From: Candidatus Micrarchaeota archaeon
GTDB taxonomy: Archaea; Micrarchaeota; Micrarchaeia; Anstonellales; JAGGTN01
DNA: 44,135 nucleotides
Assembly (NCBI GenBank): GCA_021163645.1
Contig: JAGGTN010000029.1
Location: 1-44,135, forward strand
Reading direction: 5' to 3'
Shown here: one piece after another, positions 18,891 to 28,609 of the stretch
Numbering within the stretch: the first letter of the stretch is position 1
Layout: the number at the start of each line of letters is the position of its first letter
Made by a program: the position numbers and the translations under genes
The notes under the pieces: model-generated
Databases searched by the model: none
The model's input: the letters and a program-made list of their open reading frames with translations, nothing else
Told to the model about the DNA's origin: nothing

Positions 18891-18941
18891 TATTGAACGG
18901 TTGGCAAATATTCAATTTGCCAAGTTGCAATCTTTGATTGC
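18891..18941 (+). repeat. Dispersed double-hairpin repeat, family C, copy 1
   Basis: TTGGCAAAT-attca-ATTTGCCAA then GCAATC-ttt-GATTGC; similar sequence at 42190-42238. Confidence 0.75.
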
Positions 18942-19081
18942 CATAATGAATAATCCTTGCTCTACCTTTTTAGTGTAGGTTTTGCCTGATGGGCAAAAAG
19001 TGCGCTTATCCGTTTCGATATTTTGTTGTGTTTCTCTTTTTAAGCAAGGTGCTTATTATTTTGATTTATCGTTAATAAAAT

Positions 19082-19363
19082 TCACACTTTCTTGGGTTCC
19101 CATCTATTCATCAAGATGTTTTCTGTTATTCTGATTGAATCTAATAATCCATGAGCATATATGATACATCCAAACGAAGTGTAATAATCTTTTTTATTAA
19201 GAAAATATTCTGAATCTTTGCGATATTGTTTAGCGAGTTCGATAGTTTTTTTGTATCTATTGGTTATACTGAGGTCTTTTGATTGTCTCGTTAGTTTTTC
19301 TAACTCTTCAAACAATTCATCAAATTTTCTAATATCTATCTCTATCCGCTCTGTTATGTTCAT
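19082..19363 (-). CDS. DUF357 family protein
   Basis: AKQYRKDSEYFL...DYYTSFGCIIYAHGLLD signature; ATG 19363 after GGAGG. Confidence 0.85.
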   Translation of the reverse strand: MNITERIEIDIRKFDELFEELEKLTRQSKDLSITNRYKKTIELAKQYRKDSEYFLNKKDYYTSFGCIIYAHGLLDSIRITENILMNRWEPKKV

Positions 19364-19376
19364 TTGATGACCTCCT

Positions 19377-20540
19377 TTATGGCTTATAAATATAATCATT
19401 GATTCTGTTTTTTGCTTTCTCTCTTTTCTTCTGATGTTCATCTAAGAAATTGTTTAGTTTATCAATAAGTATTTGTTTGAGTTCACCACTCAGTAATCTT
19501 CCATCTTTATAATCATCATGTATTTTTTTGAGTTTATCATCATCTTCTTCGAAGAATGTGAGCCATTGATATGAAACATCTATCTCAGGAATCCCTCCCA
19601 ACTTTCGATGTTTTTCAACTGTTTCACGACCTCCAGAAAATGCATACTTATTAATTTTTCTTTTAACCGTTTCCTTATCATCAATTGTGTATATAGTTGA
19701 TTTCTCGTTAGATGATGACATCTTTCCCTGTTCTGTGATGCCGCCAAGCCCGGGAAGGAAAATACATTCTATTGATGCTGGTTTGTAATAGCCTAATCTT
19801 GGAATAACATCACGGGATATCCTAAAATGCGGATCTTGATCTACTGCATGAGGGATAAGACATGGCCGATGGGTTCCTTCTAAAACATTGGGTAGGAATG
19901 CTGGCACTGCTTGCATGGCAGTATAGAATATCGCTCCTATATTCTGTTCGTTTCCAAAGCCAAAAGTTGCTTTTATTGTTGAGAAGGTTATCCGTTTAGC
20001 TACCTTTATTGCTTCTGGATACATGATCCCAGCATGTTTAGTATCTATTAGAAAATGTGTTTTTTTAGGATCAAATCCTAATGCGATAACATCAAGCATA
20101 TTCTCGTATACCATGTTTTGCACTTGTTCCAGATTTAAGTTTCTTTTCATGAGAAATTTTTCTTCGTCTGGAAACTGAAACCATAGTTCAGTATTGAATT
20201 TATCTTGTAGCCATTTGGTAAACAACCAAGGAATTAAGTGACCGATATGTGTATATCCTGATGGTGCACGTCCAGTATATAGAAAGAATTTATTACCTTT
20301 TTCATATTCATCTAATATAATATTCATATCCCTATGTGCAAAAAAAATCCCTCGCCTTAGGAAATAATGAAGTTTTCCAGTATGCTTCTTAATTCTATTC
20401 AGTAATTCATCATCTATCTTTGATAATCCAAAGTCTTCGATTAGTTTATCGTAATTAATGTCTCCCTTAACCTGCCAAGGTGTTACTATTGTTTCCTTTT
20501 TATCATTTTTCTCGTTTTCAAGATTCATCTTATCCACCAT
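19377..20540 (-). CDS. trpS: Tryptophan--tRNA ligase, archaeal/eukaryote type
   Basis: VTPW, YTGRAPSG..HIGH, DQDPHFR, KMSSS, AFSGG. Confidence 0.97.
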   Translation of the reverse strand: MVDKMNLENEKNDKKETIVTPWQVKGDINYDKLIEDFGLSKIDDELLNRIKKHTGKLHYFLRRGIFFAHRDMNIILDEYEKGNKFFLYTGRAPSGYTHIGHLIPWLFTKWLQDKFNTELWFQFPDEEKFLMKRNLNLEQVQNMVYENMLDVIALGFDPKKTHFLIDTKHAGIMYPEAIKVAKRITFSTIKATFGFGNEQNIGAIFYTAMQAVPAFLPNVLEGTHRPCLIPHAVDQDPHFRISRDVIPRLGYYKPASIECIFLPGLGGITEQGKMSSSNEKSTIYTIDDKETVKRKINKYAFSGGRETVEKHRKLGGIPEIDVSYQWLTFFEEDDDKLKKIHDDYKDGRLLSGELKQILIDKLNNFLDEHQKKREKAKNRINDYIYKP

Positions 20541-20550
20541 TTATTTTTGT

Positions 20551-20602
20551 GTATAAATCCTATATATCCAGACAGTAAAATGCTCATAAAAATCTGCATT
20601 TT
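20551..20602 (+). repeat. Dispersed repeat family B, copy 1 (upstream of trpS)
   Basis: GTATAAATCCTATATATCCAGACAGTAAAATGCTCATAAAAAT is identical over 43 bp to 30942-30984. Confidence 0.95.
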
Positions 20603-20603
20603 A

Positions 20604-21491
20604 TTATCTTCTATTCTTTTTTGTTATCCCCTTCATTTTAATTCCTTCATTGCCTATCGTGAATGATTGAATAGTGTTATCATAATTGATGCCTCTCATC
20701 TTAATGATTTCAATATAATGTTCTCTTTTACGTTTATCATTTGCGCGTTCGTAACCTAGATAGATATAACCATCAGTAAGGGATTCAATTCCAGATATAC
20801 TTCTTGGAACTCTATAGTCTTGCCATTTACCGTTGTCTTCGGCTATGAATAATGTTGTCGTATTCCAACCTCTTGCTCTTTCTATGAATTTAATTAATGA
20901 CCTTCTTCTATCTAATTCGTTATCATAAAGTAATCCAAGTATTGTTATTGGGTCTATCAATACTCTTGTTATATTTGATTGTAATATCATTTTATGTACA
21001 ACATCATTCTTTATTATGAGCTGTTCTATTTCATCTACAGGAAATTCTACAAACAATAATCTTCCTTGCTTTTCAAGTTCGGATATATCCCATCCCAATC
21101 CTTTCATGTGTTTCAACGATGCTGTTTTATGCTCTTCAAAAGAAATATACATAACATTCTCATCATTCTTTATCCCTTCCATCAGAAACTGCATTCCCAA
21201 CGTTGACTTTCCCGAACCAACGTCTCCATTTATTGTTATCACACTACCCAATGGATATCCCCCTTTGAGTATTTTATCAAGCTGTTTAACGCCAGTTGAT
21301 ACGAATTCTGTTATTCTCCTCTTTCTTTTATTACTCCCTTTTTTCTTATGTTTTCTCATATTTTTCTCATTTCTTAATCTTTTAAGCTCTTCTTCAACTG
21401 TTTTTAATACCTCCTCTTCATCACCTTCTTTTACTTTTTCTTCATCATCATCTTCAGGATAAATACCAAATGATACTTCCATATTCATCAC
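20604..21491 (-). CDS. KaiC/RAD55-like RecA-superfamily ATPase, single domain
   Basis: STGVKQLDKILKGG, GDVGSGKS, YISFEE, IIKMRG. Confidence 0.9.
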   Translation of the reverse strand: MMNMEVSFGIYPEDDDEEKVKEGDEEEVLKTVEEELKRLRNEKNMRKHKKKGSNKRKRRITEFVSTGVKQLDKILKGGYPLGSVITINGDVGSGKSTLGMQFLMEGIKNDENVMYISFEEHKTASLKHMKGLGWDISELEKQGRLLFVEFPVDEIEQLIIKNDVVHKMILQSNITRVLIDPITILGLLYDNELDRRRSLIKFIERARGWNTTTLFIAEDNGKWQDYRVPRSISGIESLTDGYIYLGYERANDKRKREHYIEIIKMRGINYDNTIQSFTIGNEGIKMKGITKKNRR

Positions 21492-21496
21492 CTATT

Positions 21497-22045
21497 TCAT
21501 TTCTTATCTTTTTTATTTTTCTCAATCATCTTTCGCCCAATCTCCTCCCTAATTTTCATATTCCTAGCATATTCCTTTTTCTTTTCATCTGTTAAACCCT
21601 TTTTAAGATACATTGCGGTGAAGTTGCTTGAGAAAGTTGATAAATCCATTAATATTGTTTGTATCTCGCCTGTTGATAATTTTTTAGTATTGGGTTTTAA
21701 TATCTCTATGCCGAGCGGAGCGTATTTCAACACGAGATTGACCAAATCCATAATGTTCCTTACAAGAACTTTGACTTCAGCATAAGTTGAATACATATTT
21801 TCAAAAAGTTCTGGTTTTTCTATCTCGCCATATGTCCATACTGTCAATGGATCATTTGCAATTCTTGAAAGGAATTCTACGAGGAGATGTTTTATTTCAT
21901 CTGGCGAATTACCATGCATATCAAAATACATTATAACAAGAAATCCACCATCTCTTATTGTTTCATCGGTTAATTCCTGTATTGATTTTTTTGGTTTCTT
22001 TTCTTTCTTTTCTTCATTTTTTTCCTTTTTTTTTCCAAATATCAT
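21497..22045 (-). CDS. Hypothetical protein
   Basis: 182-aa ORF with GGTG RBS, tightly packed in the minus-strand run. Confidence 0.75.
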   Translation of the reverse strand: MIFGKKKEKNEEKKEKKPKKSIQELTDETIRDGGFLVIMYFDMHGNSPDEIKHLLVEFLSRIANDPLTVWTYGEIEKPELFENMYSTYAEVKVLVRNIMDLVNLVLKYAPLGIEILKPNTKKLSTGEIQTILMDLSTFSSNFTAMYLKKGLTDEKKKEYARNMKIREEIGRKMIEKNKKDKK

Positions 22046-22097
22046 AGTTCAACACCTTGATTTCATTAATTTATTATTCTCCAAGTCAGAGGTCAAA

Positions 22098-22553
22098 TTA
22101 TTGCCCAAAGTATTCCTTGAATTTTTTAGATAAATATAATCTTTTCGACCGTCCAGCGTGTTTGGCAATTATGAAATTCTTTTCAATTAATTCCTTTACC
22201 GCTGGATATACCCAGACACCAAGCTTTTTAACCATATCTGATTTTAGAATGGCATTATGTTTTGAAATATATCCCAATGCTCTTAGGGCAGGACGCGACA
22301 ATTCTGCTTCTTTTGCAAAATCCTTGACATAAGGAACATATTCTTTCCTCACAGTCATATAGAAATGATTGTCTTCCTCAACTATTTCAATTGCATTATT
22401 ATTTTTATCATACTCTTTCTTCAATTCTTTTACCTTTTCTTTTACATAACCAAGTGCGCTTACTCCTATTAGTTTTGCTAGTTTGCTTAGAGGTACTGGT
22501 GTTGGTGACATGAAAAGTGCAGCTTCGATAAGTTTTTTTTCATCAGGTGTCAT
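22098..22553 (-). CDS. scpB: SMC-Scp complex subunit ScpB
   Basis: IEAALFMS..PV, ELSRPALRALGYI, GRSKRLYLSKKFKEYFG; abuts scpA. Confidence 0.9.
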   Translation of the reverse strand: MTPDEKKLIEAALFMSPTPVPLSKLAKLIGVSALGYVKEKVKELKKEYDKNNNAIEIVEEDNHFYMTVRKEYVPYVKDFAKEAELSRPALRALGYISKHNAILKSDMVKKLGVWVYPAVKELIEKNFIIAKHAGRSKRLYLSKKFKEYFGQ

Positions 22554-23261
22554 TTAAATCAGCTCATTATCATCTTTACCAAACAGTTTATCAGTTTTAA
22601 CGATAATTATATCTCCGAACAAAATCTCTTGTATTAATACCAATTTACCTTTATTAGCGAGGAATATTAAAGGAAGAAATAATTTAACCTTTTCTGTTAT
22701 GTCGTTTTTATTATTGAGTAATGAGCTGAAGGCAAGCATACCTTTGTCATCAAATTTCCCTTTCATTTTATTCATTAACTCTTCTGTGAGTACGTCAATG
22801 TCATAGAATCTTTCAGTGATGATCTTTTGCTTGTTTCTCATCACGGGATGGGTGAGTCGTATTGAATGTTCTGTTTCTTTTTGGAATGCTTCATCCAATG
22901 CTTCTACCAATTCATCTAAGGTTACTCTCCTCTTAGGTGGGATTCTTGTTTTTAATTCTAATATAGGAATCTCTTCTATTGTATCATTATCTTCAACATA
23001 CATCTCATCTTCAACATCATGAGAATCATCATCAATTTCCAGAACATCACTTTTCATCCTTAAAAGAATAGATGCGGCAAGAATAATATTGGCAGGAATA
23101 TTAAGTTCAAGGTTTTTCATTCTTCTTACGTATTCAATGTACTTACTAGTTAATTTTACAATATCTATATCCCAAGGGTCAATATTTTCTTTTTCTATGA
23201 CCTTTATCAGCATTTCCCGCCATGTAGGATATGTGACTATCTTCTCAAGGTTAAATTGCAT
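22554..23261 (-). CDS. scpA: Segregation/condensation kleisin ScpA
   Basis: IDPWDIDI, AASILLRMKS, RRVTLDELVEAL, FLPLIFLA...QEILFGDI. Confidence 0.92.
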   Translation of the reverse strand: MQFNLEKIVTYPTWREMLIKVIEKENIDPWDIDIVKLTSKYIEYVRRMKNLELNIPANIILAASILLRMKSDVLEIDDDSHDVEDEMYVEDNDTIEEIPILELKTRIPPKRRVTLDELVEALDEAFQKETEHSIRLTHPVMRNKQKIITERFYDIDVLTEELMNKMKGKFDDKGMLAFSSLLNNKNDITEKVKLFLPLIFLANKGKLVLIQEILFGDIIIVKTDKLFGKDDNELI

Positions 23262-23303
23262 ATTTTAAAATACGAGTAAGAAGCTTAAAAATGTTTCTAT
23301 CCC

Positions 23304-23906
23304 TTATAGGAAAGGGATATTTATATTTAGTTTTTCTAGTAGAAAAAAGTATAAAATAAAGTTTATGATTAAAAATAATGCAATAAACAATAGGTATTTG
23401 GTTTTATGTTTAAAATATTTTTTTCTTTCCTTATGCCGTGCGACGTCCAATAGTTCATCACCAAAATATACAGATAGATATGTTCCCATTGCTGATAAGA
23501 TGATGATTATCCAGAATGGGACTGGGTTCATCAAGATATTGTTGAATATCTTCAAGAATATGGTTGAATCGTATATAACCGGAAAGAATATATGGGCGGA
23601 TATGTTGATGATGAATGCAAACATCCATACTATAAGTTCTGAATAAACCATTCTAATACCTGTTACTAAGCGCATAGGTAAATCAAATATTATCCCTGCA
23701 TCTGCGATAGGAGTACAGAATACAAAAAACGACCATGATAATAATGTGACTAAAAAACCGTTTCTCATTCCATATCTTAATGAGACAAAACAGAAATATA
23801 CAACCAAGATGCCCAAAACTAAAATGAATTTGATTAATAATTCCTTTTTTGTTTCATGTTTCACCATATCTAATTTTGGATCATTTTTCATGTATATCGC
23901 CTGCAA
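23304..23906 (-). CDS. Multi-pass membrane protein of unknown function
   Basis: About five hydrophobic helices; WSFFVFCTPIADAG motif. Confidence 0.75.
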   Translation of the reverse strand: MQAIYMKNDPKLDMVKHETKKELLIKFILVLGILVVYFCFVSLRYGMRNGFLVTLLSWSFFVFCTPIADAGIIFDLPMRLVTGIRMVYSELIVWMFAFIINISAHIFFPVIYDSTIFLKIFNNILMNPVPFWIIIILSAMGTYLSVYFGDELLDVARHKERKKYFKHKTKYLLFIALFLIINFILYFFLLEKLNINIPFL

Positions 23907-23915
23907 ATTATATAT

Positions 23916-24398
23916 TTATAATTCTATTACTCTTAATCTATTTTTAATATAATCAATGAATGTCTTTTTTTCATATATAACTAAGAGTTTACCCAAGAAC
24001 CTGCACCAGAAACCCAGTCTTAAGATTACCATTTCATCATTCTCGTCAGCATTTGAGATATAAGGATAACCCTCATCAGTGAATCCTCCTTTTGAGTCGA
24101 AAAGTCCTGCGAGATAGGCTTTTGAAAATTCATTTTTATATTTAAACCGTTCTGGCAACTCAGACTCAATATCCTGGAAAAACTTCCTATACGCTGAATG
24201 GTAAAAATAAGCAGTATTCTTTTCAGTCAATATCTTATTAGGCGGCATGAGTCCTGCGTCTATAACACTGCTGATGAATGCTGACAATAACTTTTCATTG
24301 CCTTTGATACCTATCCCTTTATTTATCTTTCTATGTCTCCATAATCCAATAATATATGCTATTTCAGGAGTCAATTTTATCTTCATCTTAATCACCAA
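23916..24398 (-). CDS. Stand-alone LAGLIDADG-like domain protein
   Basis: LTPEIAYIIGLW (degenerate first motif) and AYLAGLFDSKG (second motif). Confidence 0.65.
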   Translation of the reverse strand: MVIKMKIKLTPEIAYIIGLWRHRKINKGIGIKGNEKLLSAFISSVIDAGLMPPNKILTEKNTAYFYHSAYRKFFQDIESELPERFKYKNEFSKAYLAGLFDSKGGFTDEGYPYISNADENDEMVILRLGFWCRFLGKLLVIYEKKTFIDYIKNRLRVIEL

Positions 24399-24405
24399 TT
24401 CTCTT

Positions 24406-25002
24406 TTATTTTTTTGGAATAATCATTAATCCTTCTTCGGGATTTCCGATTACTTCCGCTTTTCCTCTAAGATATATTAATCCTGTATATGCGCACGCGA
24501 ATGCATCCAATTCGTCCTGAGTCATCATTTTCAATCGCTTTTTTCCTGTCAGTTGTTTTATCCAGTTTCTAATCATATCCTTATTTTTTCGCTCTATATC
24601 TAGAATATCATACGATGCACCAGGAAAAACTTCTATTGTATTAAAACCTTTTAATCTTAATATTGATTTTAATCTGATCCCTCTTTTTGTCAGCATTCTC
24701 ATAGGCCCCAAAGTTATTGGAAAGAATTTTATTTTTCGTTTACGCAGTTCAATATCACAAGTTCTGAAATGTGGTCCTTTCTTATCGTCGATATCTCTTC
24801 TTCCCAATGGTATTGATAATGGAGCATCGATGGCTATGATATTTGGTTCGTACTTATCAGCGAGTTTGATGATTTCTTTGTCATCATGAAGAATACCTAT
24901 ACTTATTAATTGAATACTTTTCTTATCTTTCTTCAAACCCAACACGCAATATCCAGAATCCCTCACCTTACTTCCAGCTAAATCTATTCCCAAGGATAAC
25001 AT
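24406..25002 (-). CDS. DUF429 family predicted RNase H-fold nuclease
   Basis: GIDLAG, IAIDAPL, R.CD.EL, IEVFP, DELDA. Confidence 0.85.
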   Translation of the reverse strand: MLSLGIDLAGSKVRDSGYCVLGLKKDKKSIQLISIGILHDDKEIIKLADKYEPNIIAIDAPLSIPLGRRDIDDKKGPHFRTCDIELRKRKIKFFPITLGPMRMLTKRGIRLKSILRLKGFNTIEVFPGASYDILDIERKNKDMIRNWIKQLTGKKRLKMMTQDELDAFACAYTGLIYLRGKAEVIGNPEEGLMIIPKK

Positions 25003-25011
25003 GTATACCCC

Positions 25012-25641
25012 TTATTTATGTACTGATTTAAGTCTTTCTTTAATATCATCAAGCATTCTCTTTATCTCTGGTTCTATACTTCTATTGTATATCTGATATG
25101 CGGGATGATAAAAGGGTACGATAATTATATCTTGCCTTCCAAATAGGGAGTTTCGTTTTATCTCTATCATCTTACCTACTATTTTTCTCATGCTGCTATT
25201 ATCTATCTTGATATTATATTTGTCTTTGAGATAAGCGATAGCAAACTTTCCAAGGGCGATAATAAACTTGGGCTTTATAATATCTATCTGTTTGTCCATA
25301 TACGGCTTACAGGCGTTTATCTCTTCTGGGCGAGGGTTACGATTATTTGGAGGTCTACATTTAAGCACGCTTGTTATGAATACATCCTTGCGTGTTAATC
25401 CAAGATAGTTTATCCAGTCCGTAAGTATCTTTCCTGACGGCCCGCAAAATGGATGGCCTGTCATATCCTCCATTCTGCCAGGAGCTTCGCCAATGAATAA
25501 TATATCAGCATTATAATTAAATTCTCCAGGCACTGTTCTATGCCTTGTCTTATATAATGGACATTTTGTACATTTATTTATCTGTTCTATCAGTAATTCC
25601 ATTTCTTGTTTTTGATGGTTATCATAATCTTCGGGATCCAT
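25012..25641 (-). CDS. udg: Uracil-DNA glycosylase family 4 (Fe-S)
   Basis: CTKCPL, GEAPG, KCRPPNNRNP, YHPA. Confidence 0.93.
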   Translation of the reverse strand: MDPEDYDNHQKQEMELLIEQINKCTKCPLYKTRHRTVPGEFNYNADILFIGEAPGRMEDMTGHPFCGPSGKILTDWINYLGLTRKDVFITSVLKCRPPNNRNPRPEEINACKPYMDKQIDIIKPKFIIALGKFAIAYLKDKYNIKIDNSSMRKIVGKMIEIKRNSLFGRQDIIIVPFYHPAYQIYNRSIEPEIKRMLDDIKERLKSVHK

Positions 25642-25728
25642 GTTTAATTAGAAACATTCTATATTTAAATGGTTTTCTTATGATTTCGTTCTTAGAAAAA
25701 ATTGGAGGGCTGTTCATATGAGTGAAAA

Positions 25729-27156
25729 TTATCCTATTGAGAAATGTTCTGTAATCATTCGGTAAGTCTGCATTCCATCCTTATCGATCAAATGGTTAAG
25801 TAAATCTTTGTTTTCCTTTTCGAATTTGAAAATCTTTCTAATACCTGATGGTTCAGTGTAGCCGAATTTATCCAATGCTAATTTAAGATCCTTGTTTTTC
25901 TTAGCGGCTTTTAATAAGGGAATGCCTTTATTGACCGAATCAACAGCATATCTCAACGCCCTAGCCCCTGCGGCTGTTCCTTTTGGGTGGCCATGCACGC
26001 CTCCCCCTGCTTGAATGATGATATCCTTGCCATGTAATGCGACAAGATTATCCACCATACCAGGGTTTACTCCACCCGATGTAACAGGGAATATTGGCTT
26101 GATATGTTTTGCGAATTTAAAGTCCAAAGAGCCTAAATATAATTTTTCTTTTCCATTATGTTTAACTGCAACATCGTGGAATCTTTTTATCAGCATAGGA
26201 GAGCCTTCCATCTTTCCAACACCTGTTCCAATATGTAATTGGTCTACTCCAATCATTCTATAAAATTTTTCATAAACCTGAAAGTTAACACCAAAATTAC
26301 CACGTTGATGTGCAGAGTATCCTGCTCTGTGTGCATGGATGATTAGTCCTAAATTATGTACATAATTTACCATAGAGCATAATGCCGGCATGCCCATAAC
26401 ATAAACATCCATCATCACCATTTTCCCACCGTTTTCATATACATAATCTACTCTGTCTTTCATCCTATCGATATCAGAATCAGTAATATTCGTCGCATAT
26501 AATTTCTTCTCACCTGTAATCTTTTCAGCGCGATTTAATGCTTTCATTACTTCATCGAACCTATCCTTCCACCTGCAAAATTTCTGGTCGACAAGATTTT
26601 CATCATCCTTAACAAGATCTAATCCATTACTCCACGCTTTATATGCCACATTTGCGAATTCTTTAGGTGTGAGGCCTACCTTTGGTTTTACGATAGTTCC
26701 TGTATGCGGTCTTCTGGATTTGGTTGTACCCAGATATTTTCTTATTCCGTTTATACCGAATTTTGGGCCCTTGAATTGTTTTTGATATTTAATAGGAAAA
26801 GAAATATCCATTATATAAAGATCATACAGTTCTTTCAATCCGAATAGATTGCCCATAACGCTTGCCTGAAACTGAAGGATATTTTTCGCATCAAAATGTT
26901 CATATGGATATGCGATGAAAATAAATCCAGAATTGTCTGTTACCTTAATTAGTTTATAAACACGTGCTTTGTATTCAGTGAATACTTTCTTGTTCATTGT
27001 TGATATCTTAGTCCAAGTGCCTACGGAACTTTCAGATGCTATCGCTTCTGCCAATTTCTCAAGCTTAAATTCACCTGAGGCATAGATAAGTACTTTAAAA
27101 TCAGTTTCTTTAGTTTTATATTTTAAATCAAGATAGTTATACCCGCCATAAGTCAT
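25729..27156 (-). CDS. rbcL: Ribulose-1,5-bisphosphate carboxylase large chain, form III / III-like
   Basis: ASESSVGTW, GTIVKPKVGL, DLVKDDEN, HAHRAG, DQLHIGT..GKMEG, SGG, QAGGGVHGHP. ATG 27156 after GGTGA (track start 27165). Confidence 0.92.
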   Translation of the reverse strand: MTYGGYNYLDLKYKTKETDFKVLIYASGEFKLEKLAEAIASESSVGTWTKISTMNKKVFTEYKARVYKLIKVTDNSGFIFIAYPYEHFDAKNILQFQASVMGNLFGLKELYDLYIMDISFPIKYQKQFKGPKFGINGIRKYLGTTKSRRPHTGTIVKPKVGLTPKEFANVAYKAWSNGLDLVKDDENLVDQKFCRWKDRFDEVMKALNRAEKITGEKKLYATNITDSDIDRMKDRVDYVYENGGKMVMMDVYVMGMPALCSMVNYVHNLGLIIHAHRAGYSAHQRGNFGVNFQVYEKFYRMIGVDQLHIGTGVGKMEGSPMLIKRFHDVAVKHNGKEKLYLGSLDFKFAKHIKPIFPVTSGGVNPGMVDNLVALHGKDIIIQAGGGVHGHPKGTAAGARALRYAVDSVNKGIPLLKAAKKNKDLKLALDKFGYTEPSGIRKIFKFEKENKDLLNHLIDKDGMQTYRMITEHFSIG

Positions 27157-27225
27157 AAGAATCACCTAAGTAAGGTGCATGTTAATGTTTATATTATTTT
27201 TGCTGCCGGGTCTATTCAGAATAAG

Positions 27226-27570
27226 TCATAACTTCTCAATTTCTTTTTCAACACCTTTGTACCATAAATAGATTATTTTTTTCATTCTATTTTTTATCTC
27301 GTTCTTATCGGTAATCATGTATAGGAATACATAGCCTCCTTTTGGTAGGTTTTTCTGTGTTCTCTTCACAAGGTTTTTATCTACTAGATTTTTCATTGCT
27401 TTTTGTACTGTTGTTCTATCTAACCCCATTTTCTTAACGACTTGAGAAATAGTTTGTTTTTGCTTCTTATCCATCATGAATATCAATAAATTATATTCTG
27501 TTTTATTAAGATTGAAAGAGCATCGTATCAATTCATCATGTTTAATTACTTTGCATGCAAATGTCATCAT
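27226..27570 (-). CDS. Winged-HTH transcriptional regulator (TrmB/MarR-like)
   Basis: LIRCSFNLNKTE, LDRTTVQKAMKNLVDKNLV, GGYVFLY. Confidence 0.85.
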   Translation of the reverse strand: MMTFACKVIKHDELIRCSFNLNKTEYNLLIFMMDKKQKQTISQVVKKMGLDRTTVQKAMKNLVDKNLVKRTQKNLPKGGYVFLYMITDKNEIKNRMKKIIYLWYKGVEKEIEKL

Positions 27571-27974
27571 TTGAAATCACCATGCAATCCATCAACAACA
27601 AAACAGGTATCATGAACTACCTGAATATCATTATTCTTGCAGAAATCAATAGCTATCCTTGATTCTGAGCCAGGCTGCATCCATACTTTTTTAATATGTA
27701 ATTTCTTGCACTGTCTAACTATCTGTTCTGTGACTGCTGGAGGGACGACTGTTATTACAACATCAGGAGGTTTCGATAATTTCTTAGATAAGGATATCAA
27801 ATCATGATAACAAACATCATTATCTATTTCTTCATATTTAGGATTTATGGGATAAACCTTATAACCTAATGATTTTAATGTTCTATATATTTTTGAACTC
27901 CATTTATCTCTATTGGCCGAAACTCCTACAATTGCAAAGGTGTTCTCTTTATATAGAAAATCATCTATGTTCAT
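27567..27974 (-). CDS. CoA-binding domain protein
   Basis: AIVGVS, YPINPK, DVVITVVPP, VWMQPG, terminal C. Confidence 0.92.
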   Translation of the reverse strand: MNIDDFLYKENTFAIVGVSANRDKWSSKIYRTLKSLGYKVYPINPKYEEIDNDVCYHDLISLSKKLSKPPDVVITVVPPAVTEQIVRQCKKLHIKKVWMQPGSESRIAIDFCKNNDIQVVHDTCFVVDGLHGDFK

Positions 27975-27980
27975 GGTATA

Positions 27981-28187
27981 TCACTTTGAGTCGTCTTTTT
28001 TGTTATCTTTATCATCTATAATTTCAATTATTAATCTAGCTTTTTTTCTCATACCTACCTTTGGAACAAAAGACGCCATTATTTCACCAAACTTATTTCC
28101 TTTATCCCTGAATCCGATATGTTCATATTTTTTCCCGCCAAATTCTTCGATCTCATGGAATAGTTCTCCTTCAATAATTTTTCTCAT
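27981..28187 (-). CDS. Small hypothetical protein
   Basis: 68 aa with GGTGA RBS; fills the operon gap exactly. Confidence 0.7.
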   Translation of the reverse strand: MRKIIEGELFHEIEEFGGKKYEHIGFRDKGNKFGEIMASFVPKVGMRKKARLIIEIIDDKDNKKDDSK

Positions 28188-28196
28188 CTCATCACC

Positions 28197-28525
28197 TTAT
28201 TCAATATAAATTATCTTTTTTTCTTTATCTTCGGATGTTTTAATATCCTTTTGAATCTCATCTATCTTGCTAATAAGCTTCTTTAATGCGTTCTTTATAT
28301 TTATATCTCTTGATATGATTGGGATGAATTGTTTTCTTATGCGTGTAATATTAGGTCCAAATGCAAACCCGATTAAGGCTTGGATATCTCTTAACATATG
28401 CGATACTGATTTGGCTTTCTTAGGATATCCATGAATCTTAAGTATAATTTAGCAGAACCAAAATGTTCTCTTGTAAAATTTATACCATCATCAGTTGCGC
28501 ATGCAATATCTATCACTTTATCCAT
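28197..28525 (-). pseudogene. NifB/NifX-family (FeMo-cofactor-binding fold) gene, frameshifted
   Basis: ATG 28525 after GGTGA gives MDKVIDIACATDDGINFTREHFGSAKLY, which stops at 28391; the continuation HGYPKKAKSVSHML...AFGPNI is in a different frame. Confidence 0.75.
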
Positions 28526-28609
28526 GTATTCACCATTATTTACCAAATAAATCATTATATAAGCGACGTATCAACATAATGTTGGAATCAAAAATGTGTC
28601 AAAAACGAG

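Noticed and set aside
23916..24398. Intein or intron-encoded homing endonuclease
   Set aside because: No splicing motifs and no interrupted host gene; it has its own start and stop in an operon.
25729..27156. RuBisCO-like protein (form IV)
   Set aside because: The carboxylase motifs KPK, KDDE, H.HR and loop-6 Lys are all present.
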